Assembly (NCBI RefSeq): GCF_009914755.1
Contig: NC_060932.1
Source: the human T2T-CHM13v2.0 reference genome, Homo sapiens
Direction: 5' to 3' (one strand)
DNA length: 64,000 nt
Part shown: positions 1 to 16,086 of the stretch, piece by piece
How the letters are laid out: each line of letters begins with the position of its first letter
Position numbering within the stretch: position 1 is the first letter of the stretch
Program-made: the position numbers and the translations under genes
The notes under the pieces: generated by a model
What the model was told of the DNA's origin: nothing
Database searches by the model: none
The model's input: the letters and a program-made list of their open reading frames with translations, nothing else

Positions 1-55
1 TCGAACATATACAATTTTTATTTGTCAATTGTACCTCAGTAAAGCTGGAAAAATA
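1..55 (+). mobile_element. 3' end of an old L1 (L1MA/MB-like), cut by the window edge
   Basis: tttgtcaattgtacctcagtaaagctggaaaaa resembles the L1M 3' terminus. Confidence 0.55.
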
Positions 56-159
56 CTCTGAGAAGTGTCCCATCTATTCTCTAATTATATAACATTGTCA
101 CTGACTTGATAGCCATGATAGATTTGCATGGTTGTACCTTCACTATTTAAAAACTGATA

Positions 160-459
160 TGCCTGGTGCGGTGACTCACACCTGTAATACCAGCACTTTG
201 GGAGGCCAAGGCTGGTGGAACACCTGAGGTCGGGAGTTTGAGACCAGCCTGACCAACATGGAGAAACCTCGTCTCTACTAAAAATACAAAATTATCCAGA
301 CGTGGTGGCACACGCCTGTAGTCCCAGCTACTCGGGATGCTGAGGCAGGAGAATTGCTTGAACCTGGGAAGCAGAGGTTTGCGGTGAGCCGAGATCGCAG
401 CAGTGTACTCCAGCCTGGGCAACAAGAGTGAAACTCCATCTCAAAAAAAAAAAAAAAAA
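160..459 (+). mobile_element. Full-length Alu, AluSp-like
   Basis: Dimeric Alu with gtcgggag, gaccaacatggagaaacc and aacaagagtgaaactcc; poly(A) tail; TSD aaaaactgata/aaaaacagata. Confidence 0.95.
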
Positions 460-863
460 CAGATAGCTAATGTAATAAATTGTTTAATATTTCAAAAGAT
501 TAAACATTTTCTTGGCAGAAACACATTGATGTTTAATTTTTACTTGTTTATTAATACAATATTTTTAAAGACCTTACATTATTTTATGCCATATATTTCT
601 TTGTCATGGTTTTTAGTCTCATTTATATTTCTATAAAATGTAAACATTAGTCATATATATTTTACTTCCTTACAAGTGAGTTTTCCCTTTGAACACCATT
701 TTTAATATCTCTAAAACTTATAAAAATTTCACATAGTTTTTTCTCATAGTTATGTTATTTATAGGTATGTGATTTGATAAAAAATACAGATCTTAGGTTG
801 TCCCAATTCAAACAACTTGCCTGGATTTTACAACTATTTAATATACATGCATGTGCATGTCTC

Positions 864-904
864 TGTGTGTGTGTGTGAGTGTGTGTGTGTATGTGTGTGT
901 GTGT
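864..904. repeat. Interrupted (TG)n microsatellite
   Basis: About 20 TG units with substitutions. Confidence 0.9.
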
Positions 905-1139
905 ATCACCCCTTAGATCTTTTTACTCCTGGCTTGTTCTCACCTTTCTGGTTTCTACATACATGGCATAAATATACCCTTTACAAAGAGACTCTGTTTT
1001 CTTAGAGACACTCTAAGGGATTTGCCTTTGATTGTCTTCATCAAAGAACCCAATTTATTTCTTTCATGAAACTAATGATGATTTTTTATTTAAATAATGT
1101 ATTTATTTAAATGCTTTAAGTAATTGTTTTCTTTTTTTC

Positions 1140-1275
1140 CTCACTATAGCATGTGCTTAACGGAGAACAAGGACACCGTCTGTCATGTTCTCTCTTGCAC
1201 CCTATCAATTCGCACAGTATGCGGTACATCTGTACATTGGTACAATAAATATTGGGTGATGTATTGATTAATGAG
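1140..1275 (+). mobile_element. L2 3' end fragment
   Basis: gcacagtatgcggtacat...aataaatattgggtgatg resembles the L2 tail. Confidence 0.5.
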
Positions 1276-2524
1276 AAGAAAAGTACCTGAAATATATTGA
1301 AATTAAGGCTCTGAGAATGGGGAAATTGTGCCCTTTTGCTTCCATATCCACAGTCAACCTGTCTGAAGTTTTAGATGGCGTTAGAAGAGTCGCTCCTGTA
1401 ATATATGGGAAAAAAAAGTGTGTGCGTCTGTGTGTGTGTGTGTGTGCATGTAAAAGGAGAAAAGAAATAGAATAGGTATATTTAAATAATTATGAGATAG
1501 TCTAAATTGCCTTTCTAAACATTCCTAGTTCACCAAACATTACTTCTGGGGTTTCTGGAGGGAATGTGAGCCTCCCGAGCTGTAAGAGAATGAATAAACG
1601 AAGTTTTTGCCTTTGACCCCATAAATACAGACAAAAACAATACTTTCAGAGATACTATGCTTTCATGGATTCCAATGTAATGCTGTTTAAGGCCTGATAT
1701 ATCTTTGGTGCTCAAAACTTTTGGCAAATCTTTTCTAAATGGAGATGTATTATATGAAAATATCATTGGAAGAATCTCTTCTCCTGATGGATTTCTCTGA
1801 ATTGTACTTCTTTTTTTCTTGTAAAACTCTCCCTCCTTTTGTAGGCAGGCTTTTTTTTTTTTCTTTTATTTTTGTAAGAATTCTGCACCATTTTGTACTC
1901 AAATATAAATTTTATTTTATTTTAAAGTTGATTTAAGTAACAACAAAAGTAAATAAGTAAATACAAAATTTAAAAACTTGATAACATAGAGCAGTTTCTT
2001 CATCCTATTCAGTTGACTTCTCAAAGAATGGAGAATAATTTTCTTAAGAACAAATTCATGTCTCAGTTCTTTCATTTGTGTCCATCCTTTAGTGCATCCT
2101 TTGTATCAATGCTATATGTTGTATTCTGTGGTGAAATAGACAAAGATAATTATTGACCTTTAACAAAAGTTAAGGCTGTAGTGAGGAATTTAACATTGTT
2201 TTGTGTGTGAGAGAATTAGAGACACCTGAAACTGACATATATAAAAAAGCACCATTTTAGAGTGCTTGAAAAAAAATAATTAGTAATTCTGATCTTGTCT
2301 TTATTAAAAATATTGGCATTTGGTTCATTGTTTTTAAACAATATCTTATAATGTTACTTATTCTGAATATTAGTTGTATGTGTGTCTATTTCCTTAAATA
2401 TTGTGATGCTATCACCTCATTCATGTCACATTAGTCCAAGGAAGAAAGGAAATGAAGGAGGAAGGGAGAAAGGGAGAAAAGAGAAAGAAAAAAGTTCAGA
2501 TGAAATAAATATATAAATAGTTGT

Positions 2525-2931
2525 TATAGTGGGTTCAATCATGGCCCCTAAAAGATACATCCAAATCATCCTATAATCTGTAAATATGACCTTATTTGGA
2601 AAAAGAATCTTTGAAGACATAATTAATTGAGGATAATGAAATGAGGTCATCATGGATTAGCTGCATCAGATCTAAATCCAATGACAAGTGTTGTTATACG
2701 AGACACGCAGAAAAGACACACACAAGGAGAGGAGGGGGAGGCTACATGAAGATGGAAGCAGAGTCTGCGACACTAGAAACTCTAAGAATTTAGATGCAGT
2801 GTGGAAACACTGTTCCCTCGGGCCTGTGAAGGGAATGTGAGACTCCAGAAATGTAAAAGAATACATTCCTTTTGTTTTTAAGCCACCAGGTTTTAGGTAA
2901 TTTGTTAAAGTAGCTAGAGGAATCTAATACA
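2525..2931 (+). mobile_element. MaLR solo LTR (MLT1B/C-like)
   Basis: atgaccttatttggaaaaagaatctttgaag, tgaggtcatcatggattag; ends ggaatctaataca. Confidence 0.85.
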
Positions 2932-3184
2932 GTAGTAAAGATGCATTAAGTACTATATGACATAGCATATAAGGCAATCAATTTTGCTGAAGAGTTGAGA
3001 TATGCATAGTAGTTATGAAGAAAGAGGCCACCAAGATGGATCTTCAAGGATCATTTTAAGCAGCGATGTTGGCTTAGCTCACAATGTGGTAAAATTCTAA
3101 GGTTTGAGAACTGGTCAGATTTTGGATATATTTTGGGAATAGAGGTGTAAGTAGTAGATGGCAGACTAATGTGACATTTAATGT

Positions 3185-3519
3185 TGTCTTAGTCCATTTG
3201 TCTTGCTACAACAAAATACCTGAGACCAGGTAATTTATAAATACTATAAATTTATTTCTCACAGTTATGGAATATGGAAAGTGCATGATCAAGATGCCTA
3301 CATTTAATCTGGTAAGGACCTTCTTGCTGTGTCCTCACATGGCAAAAGGCAGAAGCACAAGCTAGCCAAATAATGTGTGAAGTCCCTCTTTTAAGGGCCT
3401 TAGTTCCATTCACAAGGGAGGAATCCTCACAGCCCAATCACCTTTTAAAGGCCCTATGTCTTAACACTATCAAAATGACAGCATCTGAAATTTAAAGGGA
3501 ACATATTCAAGCCACAGCA
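3185..3519 (-). mobile_element. MaLR MST-family solo LTR within a degenerate L2 (~3100-3710)
   Basis: tgtcttagtccatttg...aaaatacctgagacc...catattcaagccacagca; L2-like flanks (agttcagttttggacac). Confidence 0.8.
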
Positions 3520-6292
3520 GAGGTGGAAAATTTAACAAGAATGATTACATCTACTTGAGTTTACACACTACAAAAAGAGTTGCAATTGCAGAGAAATAGA
3601 AACTTGTATTAGAAGTTCAGTTTTGGACACACTAAGTTTAAAAAGTTTAGTTGACACCTACATAATGTTGAAATAGGTAGCTGGGTATGAATCTAATAAT
3701 CAGAGAGGAAAATTTGGTTATTAATGTCAGGTATTAATAATTTATGACTAAAATAAATCAATATTTATAGTTATAAAAATATTGAAATTACCAAGATGGC
3801 ATAATGCATTAATAAATTGCATATTGTAGCAAACATTCATTGGTGCAAAAAGGTTAGATATGAACAAATTGTGTCAATATAAATAATGTTGACCCGATAA
3901 TACTAGAACAACTCATTTTTTAAATTTCTATTAGTAATTACATTGAATTTCTCTTGTAAAATTTAATTTAAAAATAAATAACATAAAACTAGCATTTATT
4001 AATGTAGGCTAAAAAATATTTTATCTGTTTAAAAATAATTATTACACATAGAAATTAATATTGAAATTCTCATAATTATAAATTTTATAATTTTACTGCA
4101 GTCACATATTTACAATATTAATAACAGTTATATAACGAAACACATTAGACTCATAGATTGTGATGCAGACTCCTTATAGAGTTATAAATTCTGCCATGTC
4201 CTATTGTGGAAATCAGTAATTATGGTGCATGATTCCTAATGTGTTTATTTTACCATTTTGCCAAATAAATAAAAATTAAAATTGAATATTCATTTCAGGC
4301 ATTTTTTCGACATAATGGAATTAGCTTTATGTTACGGCAATGTGTTATTTTATTGCAACTGTAACTTTTTAAGAAATGTTTTAAGTTTATGTACACATTA
4401 AGTCCGTACTTTGGTATGTTTTCTATTTTTAATTATAGTTATGTTTTAGTTATATTATTTAAATTGCATCAAAATTAATATTAAATCAAATTATGATAAT
4501 AATACAAATTTTAATAATTGTTGAATTTAACAAAATATGTGCAATTGTAAGGTTCTCACTATTAGAGCAATTTTTCAGAGTCAGGATGGATTCATAGCCA
4601 AAATTTGGTTTAGATATTGAGACTGATGCAACACACACACACACACACCAAGAGGAGTTAAAAAGTTTAATGACCAACATTTTGAAGCTTTGTGGAGAGA
4701 ATAATGCAGGTTTCCCAAACTGGTACAAAAGTGCACCTTAGAGGAGAGACTAGGAAAAGATGATTGGATGATTGGGTTATGGTTTTTGTGGAGCTGTGTG
4801 AAGTTAGGTGCTTACGTGGTTAGACCTTCCCACCAGTGGCAAAGGAGTGAGCACCCAGGCTTTTGTATTAGCTTGCCTTTAGGTGGGGCAGAACCGGAAG
4901 AAGAGGTGAAACTTAAATGACGACAGGCAAATATGCCTAAAAACATAAAGTCAGAATCATTATTACATTTACTCTAAAGAAGAATGAGTACTAAAATTGA
5001 TTTTAGAATGAGAATGTTTGTAGTTTTACCAGAAAATAAATAAGATTGTAAGACCAAAACTGTGGACTAATCTTCATCATTTCTTTGATAACTCTCACTA
5101 ATGGTGCATGATTTCTTTAACGCAATTAATTATAAAATTGATAATTTTAAACACAGAGGGGTAGCATACATATTTCCAAGTAATAAAACACTATTCTGTA
5201 TCTATATCTGTCTACATCTGCCTACAAATACATTTATCTAGATAGAAATTGAGATCTAGGATACAGATATAGATAACTCCCTTCCTTTTACTTTAGCTTT
5301 ACAAAATCTTATTTTTAGCCTATTCTTTGTTATTTTGCATCTTTCCAAACATAAATTCTGTGTAGCTTACTGACATACACACACACACACACACATAAAG
5401 TACTTTTAATATTAATGCAATTCAATGGTAATTTATAGGTTAAATGTTGCCTCTCACTGAATTCTGCAAGTCTCAGGAACCTATGTAAAATACAACGTAG
5501 CTAAAAAAATCAATAGCATATTTAAACTCGTGATGGATAGGAATTTAGCTCTTGCTTTCATGTAACAGAGTGTTTTTCATCTGTCACCAAATCCTATGAA
5601 ATTCATTAGATAATGGCACTATGTGTGTATATATATATTTGATATCTTTGGTTGGAAATTTCACACTGGAGAAAGTTTGACAATGGTAGAACATGTCTAC
5701 AAAAACCAATTTGCTTACTGGTAATTGGGTACACTCCCCTTGCATTATTGAAGTTGTGTGCTTGAATAAAAGCCTTTTTTCCCCTACATTTAAGCCTTCT
5801 TTGATGATTTCTTGCTGAGAAAATGACACTAATGTCATTAATTTAGTGTTATGAGTAAAGCACTTGGCATTCAAATGCAGGTTGATAGAAGCATCTTTTT
5901 AAAAAATATTTTATTATATTTCATTATAGAATTATGAATCCTGTGTCCATCAAAATTGATTATGTGACAATGACATGCTAGGTGCAATATTGTTAACCAT
6001 AATTTAAGAAAGGCAATGTTTAAAACTTTATCAGTTAACTTATCAATCACCTTTCTTCCAAGGTTATACTTAAAAGCTGATCATTAAGATGTAATACTAA
6101 AAGTATGTATGAGTTAAGTTAAAGCACATTACTAACATAAATTTCATGTATTTTACATTGCTTCTAAACCTTTTGAATTATTTGGAGTATCTTTTGTTTC
6201 TTTTCTCACTACGTAATGGTCCACGTTTGTGTCTAATAAGTGGCCTGCTTTATTTTCAAAAACTTCTAATTTTATTTAGAATTAGGTATTTA

Positions 6293-6549
6293 TAGGAGGC
6301 GGAAGCGGGTGGATCACCTGAGGTCAGGAGTTCGAGACCAGTCTGGTCAACATCATGACACCTTGTGTCTACCAAAAATACAAAAATTAGCCGGTGTGGT
6401 GGTGGGCACCTGTAGTCCCAGCTACTTAGGAGGCTCAGGCAAGAGAAATGCTTGAACCGAGGAGGCCGGGATTGCTTGAGCCAAGATCTCGCCGCTGTAC
6501 TTCCAGCCTGGGCTACAGAGCAAGCTTCCATCTCAGGAAGAAAAAAAAG
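6293..6549 (+). mobile_element. 5'-truncated AluS(x-like)
   Basis: Starts at ggaggcggaagcgggtggatcacctgagg; TSD aggtattta at 6284-6292 and 6550-6558. Confidence 0.92.
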
Positions 6550-9064
6550 AGGTATTTAGGATGGTAATATCACCAGTGCTCTCTCCTCTTTAGTTATGAA
6601 GTATTTGGAACTTTTCAGAATTTCAGAGGTCTAGTACATCCTTTTATCTTTGGCATTTAAACCTACAGAGATTCAGTAATTGTTTACTTTATAGTACAGC
6701 GCTCCTAACATGAGCGTTTTGACCTAACAAAAGGGTATTTTTTTCTCCTATGCAACTTTGAAATGGGAAGAGATTGGAGTATGCTTGCTTAGTGTGATTT
6801 AAAGGGTTCTGAAAGTTTCCATTTACCAATAATACCATCTCCCCTCTAGCCTGGGGAGTATACTTGAGAATAGAAAACTCTCAAAATGGACAAAAAAACT
6901 AAAGAGTAACTTATTATTATATATTATCATGTATATATACCTAAGAGTATTAATTAGTGAAATAGATAATCAGAGTATATTAATATGTTAATAGTTTACT
7001 AGATCTTCAAACATATTTTAAATAAATTAACATGTAAGTAATTGTCAATTACTTTCCTAACTGTTCTTTTCTCATAACAGGAAATCATTCAGAAAGCTGT
7101 GCTTTTATATTAATTGTAATCAACATTTTGCACTTATCTAGATGCTGTTTTATTTATTTCCGCAATATCTTCAAAAATAAGAAAATACTTGATCTTCTTC
7201 ATAGAGCTCCACAATTTCCTGGAATGCTTCAAAAGAATTTTGAAAATAAAAATATTTAGCTATATAAAATGTGCAGCACTTAATAGATTATCAGTATGCA
7301 TGCAAATATATAGGCACTCATAAAACAAATTATATCAGTATATGAAAAATAAAAGATTTACTAATACCTGCAATGTAGGAAAAGGAAAAGCAAACTCCCC
7401 TTTGAAAATAGCCTTATTTAAATTGCAGCTCTTTGCTTGGACATATGCTACAAATTACTTTAAATAATTATGTTGGTACAGGCCATTGCCTACAAGACAA
7501 GTAAAATTTTCTTGTTATTGAAATGAGTAAGGTGAAGATCAAGAAAAACTACTTGTGCATTAAGGATGGAAGAAGCAGAACTGGCCTTTGACTCCGGTCC
7601 CCATGCAATTTCTTGATAGAATATTGTGATGTAAGATCTGAAGTTTGGAATGGTTGAAAGAAAAAGAGTCTTAAAATGGAGAAATAAACACCGGCAAGGT
7701 CATGCAGGATCTTTGATGTACACACATTTTGAAACACTGCATTCTTCATAATTCACAAAATGAATGCCTGGTATAACAAATAAATATACTTGATAAGTAG
7801 ATTAGAGGAAGTAGAAGCCAATTGATGGTTTTAGCAGTGGAGTAACATAATCATATTTGCTAAGTAAAATGCTAACTTTGGAAAATGAACAAGACAAGAC
7901 TATTCAATATTTAGTTTGAGAAGAGATTATTCTAATTTAAATCAGACCTGATAAATGTCTATTTAGAAATGTAGATAGGAATTTCACTGATGCAATTCAT
8001 ATCTATTTTTATGGTCTTACTTTACATCATTTAGCAATTTTCAGCAGCAATTTCCAGTTTTTATCTTTCTTCTCTAATTTACTAAAGCTCAGGTTCCTTC
8101 TATGTCTGTGCTGCATTCACATGCTCTGAGTATGCAATCTATCTCCCAAAACTCTACACTTCCTTAAAGTCCTCAACAGGATACAAACTTGCTTGGTTAT
8201 CTTAGTCATGCAAATGAGTACTGAAGCATTAGCTGTATCCAGAAATATTACAATATAAATTAGTAACATCATATGACATCTAGAAGGCTCACAAAAGATT
8301 AATCAGATTAATCGAGTCTTTTAAACTGCAGGTAAGGTATCATAAAATGACCCCAAGAAATAGATGATAATTGGAAATCAAAGGAGATACAATACATGAT
8401 CTGGGACCAAAGGCCTGGAAGAATGAGTGGCCCCCATTGCCGCTTCAATTGGAGAACTTTGTGGATGATTTTTACAGAACACTTTTCTTAAGTGTTTTTT
8501 TAGGGGGTTCAGAAAAAATGTCTTAAATAGTTATATTTAATAGCGATGGATATGTGTTCAGCTTTTCTGGAAATACATTACAATATAGAGAAAATCTACT
8601 TCTGATGAAGTTTTCCAATGAAATCTAAAATTGTAAAATAAATACAGTAATATTTTATTATTTTTAGTTTTTAGACTTTTATTTTATTATCTATAAATAA
8701 TGTATCTTGTATTCTAACATACTTGAGTTCATTTTATGAGAAAATATATGAAAATAATGTTTTATTCCCTTGACATGTCTGAATGGGCTAAAAGAAAGCA
8801 AAGGGTATCTTTAGTAAGATGGGTAACTGGATTTTCCTAAGCCTGAAAAGAGTACTAATTTAGTATTAACCATACAGCTCTTTCCCCTTGGCATCATTCT
8901 TCCTAGTCCTTCTTTCTTGTTTTAATAAACATGTTTTAAATTAAAAGTCTTCTATTTCAAAATGTCACTCCTATAAGTATGTCAAGTACATTTAAGCAAT
9001 ACAAAAATAGTCAATAAGAAAATGCAAATCAAAATGACAGCAATACATCATAATCACTAGGCAG

Positions 9065-10022
9065 TGTGGGTGGCAAGCCACCCAGGTGCCAAGGTAAGAG
9101 ACCGAGGGCACAAGCTGTTCCGGTATAATAAAATATACAGAATAAGAATAGTTATACTAGAAATATAATATAGATAAGTTTATATATGAATATTATTAAT
9201 CATTAGTTTGTAGCATTACTGTTTATTCTAATATTATAATAATCTCTGTTCTACAATTATAACCTAGGAAGAACCAGGCCATACAGAGATAGGAGCTGAA
9301 GGGACACCGTGAGTAGTGACCAGAAGGCAAGAGTGTGAGCCCTCTGTCACGCCTGGAAAGGGCCACTAGAGGGCTCCTTGGTCCAGCGGTAGCGCCAGTG
9401 CCTGGGAAGGCACCCGTTACTTAGCAGACCGGGAAAGGGAGTCTCCTTTTCCCCCCTGGGAGTTAGAGAAGACTCTGCTCCACCACCTCTTGTGGAAGGC
9501 CTGATATCAGTCAAGAACACCCGCAGCCATCCGGAGACCTAAACCTCTCCCTGTGATGCTGTGCTTCAGCGGTCATGCTCCTGGTCCATTTTCATGCTCC
9601 ACCCTGTACACCTGGCTCTGCCTTCTAGATAGCAGTAGCAGAATTAGTGAGAATATTAAAGTCTTTGATCTTTCTGAGAAGAGCATAGAAGAAATAATGA
9701 TGTAAGCTGTCCTCTCTCCTCTCTCCGCCTCCACTACCTAACAGGGAAAGGCTCCCTCTCCGGTGGACACGTGACTCGCGTGTCCTTATCAATCATTGGA
9801 GATGACTCACACTCCTTACCCTGCCCCTTTTGCCTTGTATACAATAAATAGCGCGGTCAGGCATTCGGGGCCACTACCCGTCTCAGCGTCTTGGTGGTAG
9901 TTGTCCCCAGGGCCCAGCTATCTTTTCTTCTATCTCTTTGTCTTGTGCCTTTATTTCTAGGATCTCTCATCTCCGCACACGAGAAGAAAAAACCCACGGA
10001 ACCAGTAGGGCTGGACCCTACA
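9065..10022 (+). mobile_element. HERV-K(HML-4) solo LTR, LTR13/LTR13A-like
   Basis: TG...CA termini (tgtgggtggcaagccacccaggtgcc ... ggaccctaca), 958 bp, AATAAA at 9843-9848, no internal provirus. Confidence 0.88.
9360..9378 (+). promoter_or_regulatory. CTCF core motif within LTR13
   Basis: CCACTAGAGGGC at 9363-9374 matches the CTCF core CCACYAGRKGGC. Confidence 0.65.
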
Positions 10023-10899
10023 CGGATGTGTATAATTAAAAAGAAGAGACAAGCTCTGGAGACAATGTGGAGTAATTGGAACCCTCATGTGCTGATGGTA
10101 GGATTATAAAATGTTCCAGCCATTTGGGAAAAGAATTTGCCAGTTATCAACATGTTAAACACAGAATCTCTTCCTAGGTATATATTCAAGAGAAAGAAAA
10201 GCATATATGCACCAAAAAATTAAAAAAAAAAACACTTTTACATGGATGCTTATATATGATTCATAGTAGCCAAAAATAGAAGCCACCCGAATATCCATCA
10301 ACTGATAAATGGATTTGCCAAATGTCATATATTCATAAATGGAATATTATTCCAAAAGAAGAACAGAGTATTAATACAAGATGCATCATGGATGAACCCT
10401 GAAAACATTATGCTAAATAAAAGAAGCCAGTCATAAAAGATTGTATTATGATTCGATTTACATAAAATCTCCAGAATAAGCAAATCTATATATGTAGAGA
10501 GAAAGCAGATTAATGATTGCCTATGATTTCAGGCAATTGATTAGTCAATTGATTACTATAGGCAATGGTTGTCTATGACCATACAAGTAGTTGCATGTGG
10601 TAAGGAAAGGGCAATGATAAAGAGTTACTGCTAATGAATATGTAGTTTTTTGTTTTTGTTTTTTGAGTGTTGAAAATGTTCTAGAATTAGAATGTGGGGA
10701 TGATATTACAACTCTGTGAAAATATTTTTAAAAACATTGACATGTACACTTTAAATAGATAAATTATATGCTATATGAATTCTTTATCAATAAATAGGTT
10801 TAAAAAGTTCCTAATGGGAAAATATAATATTCATTCAAATATTTATAGCCACATGCAAAATACATTACCTGGATTTACTTTTAAAAGTCTTCAATTACA

Positions 10900-13150
<2,251 letters not shown>

Positions 13151-13749
13151 ATCGATTTCAAAATTTTATTTAATTGCCTAGTATTTCAGTTAATCATATA
13201 AAGTAACAATTTTCATGACATATTAGCGATTATCTATGGGAACGTTTTATTTTGTCTAGATTTTTAATTGGGGTCTTTAATTCAGAAGTTTCGACACTGC
13301 TATATCAATTAATTTGCCTACAATTTAAAATATTTAAACTGCTCTCAAGAAAAAACTCTCAAATCCTAGAGCTAATTAATGGTCTTTCAGTTATACAGCT
13401 ATTAAAGATGAAGTTTTTTTTTTTCTATGAACCTGACTTGTGATTGGACACACTGATAGCATAAGCTTCACGTGGAAAAACAAGGTAGACACAATAGCCT
13501 GGTAGGACCACATATCCATTTATATCCAAGTATTGTACATAATGCAGTCTGGAGGGGAAGAGTCATTTTGTTTGGCTCAGGAAAACGTGGGCCTGAATAT
13601 TGACTGTCCAACCTTCTAATTATATAAACTTCATTAATTTATAGAATCTCTTAAAGTATCCAATATGCAACAGAAGTTGTAGAATAATTTAATTATGAAA
13701 AATGAATACAACTGAATGGGGTATTTATCAACAGTTTTTGTTTATTAGT

Positions 13750-14860
13750 TTGAGGGCACAACTCAACTTCCAAAACTAAGATAAACCAGTGGCAGGAAAA
13801 TCATAGCACTACTTGTTAAAGGCAATAAAATCAGAATTCAGGGCTTGGAAGGAAGCATGAAAGGTTCTATGCAAGAACCACAGAAACTGTGAGAACCCAA
13901 TCAGTGGACAGTCTCCCCAAAATATGAGACTCAAAGCTAAATTATGCATGCAAAAAGGAGATCTCTGTCTTTCTTCTTAGTTTAAAAAATAATAAAAGCA
14001 AGTAGATACCAAAAGAGAGTTCACTCATGAAAGTGAGAGCTTCAGGGAGCTTGTCTGTCAGTTTGTTGCTTCATTTAACTGACTGCATTCTCAACCAGTC
14101 ACAGCTCAGGTAGCAAAAATGTGATGCTGAGTAGCTTTGAAATGTCAAAGTACAGATTATAAGGGAATGAATGAGATACTCTGAAAGTAAAGGAACAACC
14201 TCAGAAAATTGGAAACCAAAAGAAGGCTTACTCTCCATCTCTGCTTAGATATTTAACTGAGCACCAATTATTTGAAGCCCAAGGGAAACATATAAGGACC
14301 AAGCTAAAAAATTCCACTATTAGAGGTCATCATACTAGAGTAGAGATAATTAGCTGCTACACACCACAGGGAGACACAATTTCAAACTGAAGCCATGCAA
14401 GTTATTAATCTACTAGAATTAAAAATTAATTAACAGAAAAATATGACAGAATATAAGGTTGCTACAACATATTGTAGAAAATACTGTTTTCAACTAAATA
14501 TTGCTAAAGACTCAATGACACAGGAAAGTGAGATGCAAAGTCAGAAGAATCTGTCAACAGAATTGACTCACAGTGGGTTAAATGTTGGATTAAGCAGATG
14601 ATGGATTCAAATCAGATAGCATAAATATTCTCAAGTGTTAAAAGAAAATATTTTCAAATAATTGAGGGATAATATACTATTGGTGAAGAAGCTCAACAGA
14701 AATTTAAAAAAGAAAATCCTCGAAATTAAAATGTATTAACTAAAATAAAAATCAGATAAGTTTCAGCATTGCATTAGAATTATCAAAAAAAACTAGTGAA
14801 CTTGAAGATATATAGAAATTTTAAAATCTGAAGAATTGAAAGAAAAATAGTAATACTATG
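13750..14860 (+). mobile_element. Ancient L1 5'UTR/ORF1 fragment
   Basis: A-rich ORF1-like sequence (atgttggattaagcaga, agtgaacttgaagata); left boundary uncertain. Confidence 0.45.
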
Positions 14861-14879
14861 GAAAGTGAGTTAGTTAATA

Positions 14880-15580
14880 TTAATAATTCCTTTTATTATC
14901 TGAAAAGTTTTGTATAGAAATATTATTTCTTCTTTAAATATTTGTAAGATTTTACAAGTGAAGCCATTTGGGCATGATGATTTAAGGGTCTGCTTGTGGA
15001 TGTGCATCTGTGTGCACATACATTTATGTGAAGATGTTTTAATTAAATTTTTCAGTTTTCTTACTATTTACAAAGCTATTCCTTTTGTATTTTTTCTTGA
15101 GTAACTTTGGTAGTTTGTGTCTTTCAAGGAATTCATTTATTTTTCCTCAGTAAACTTATTGGCATGAAGTCATATATAATATTCCTTCATAATCCTCTTG
15201 ATATCTAGATAATCTAGAGTGGTGTTCTGTTTTTCATTCTTAATATTGGTAGTTTCTCTCTCTCTATCTCTGTCTCTCCCATCCATCTCTTATTAGCATT
15301 GCTAAAGTTTTATCAATTTTATTTTTATGTTCAAAGCAGCAATATTTGATTTAATGGATGTTTTATTTATTATTTTATGCTTTTAATTTCATTGATTTCT
15401 TCTCTTATTTTTATTATTTTCTTCCTTGTTTGTTTTGGGTTTACTTTATTGTTTGTTTTTTGTATAAGAAATATTAGGATTTTGATTTGAGATTATTCTT
15501 CTTTTCCAATATAAGCATTTAATTATATAAATATTTATATATGAATATATCTAATTTCATAAATTTTTATTTTTTGTTAT
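14880..15580 (-). mobile_element. Old L1 ORF2 fragment
   Basis: acaagtgaagccatttggg, ttgtgtctttcaaggaatt, tttcattgatttcttctc. Confidence 0.6.
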
Positions 15581-16086
15581 CTAAGCTAGATAAATTGATA
15601 TATAATTAATATATACAATATTGCATATTTTATGTATATATTGATAAATTTGGATATATGCATACACCATGATAACATTACTATAATAAAGATATCAAAG
15701 AACTAAACATATATACCACCTCTAAAAATTTCCTTGTGTGCGTGTGTATGTGTTTTGTGGCATGAACCCTTAAAATAGACCTATCCCCTTAACATTTTAA
15801 AGTGCAAAATAGTGTATTTAGTATAGGTACTATGCTGTACAGCAGATTTGTAGAACTTATATTTCTTGCATAATGAAACTTAATACCCAGTAACAATTTC
15901 CCATTTTCCTTGTCCTTGGCTCCTGGCCACCATCATCCTATTCCCTGCTCTGGGAATTTGACTATTTTAGACATCTTATATAAACAGAATTATGTGGTCT
16001 TTGTTTTTTTGTAACTGGTCTATTTCACTTAGCATAATGTCCTGCCAGTTCATTCATGTTGTAACAAAAGGCAGTATTTCCTTTTT

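Larger units (their letters stand above)
9005..10806 (+). mobile_element. Old L1 (L1MB-like) 3' region, interrupted by LTR13
   Basis: aaatgcaaatcaaaa before the LTR; atggatgaaccctgaaaacattatgctaa and tgtacactttaaatag...tcaataaa after it. Confidence 0.8.

Noticed and set aside
147-425. Alu-derived ORFs (also 6256-6531, 11894-12219, 28408-28695, 35350-35697, 54110-54328)
   Set aside because: Typical antisense Alu translations, not genes
4640-4950. Possible old LTR fragment
   Set aside because: Family not recognisable with confidence
7060-8340. Isolated splice-like sites (cataacag|g at ~7080, cag|gtaagg at ~8331)
   Set aside because: No pairing into a plausible exon or reading frame; expected by chance
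9891-10109. 72-aa ORF with a hydrophobic N-terminus
   Set aside because: Spans the LTR13 U5/L1 junction with a non-ATG start
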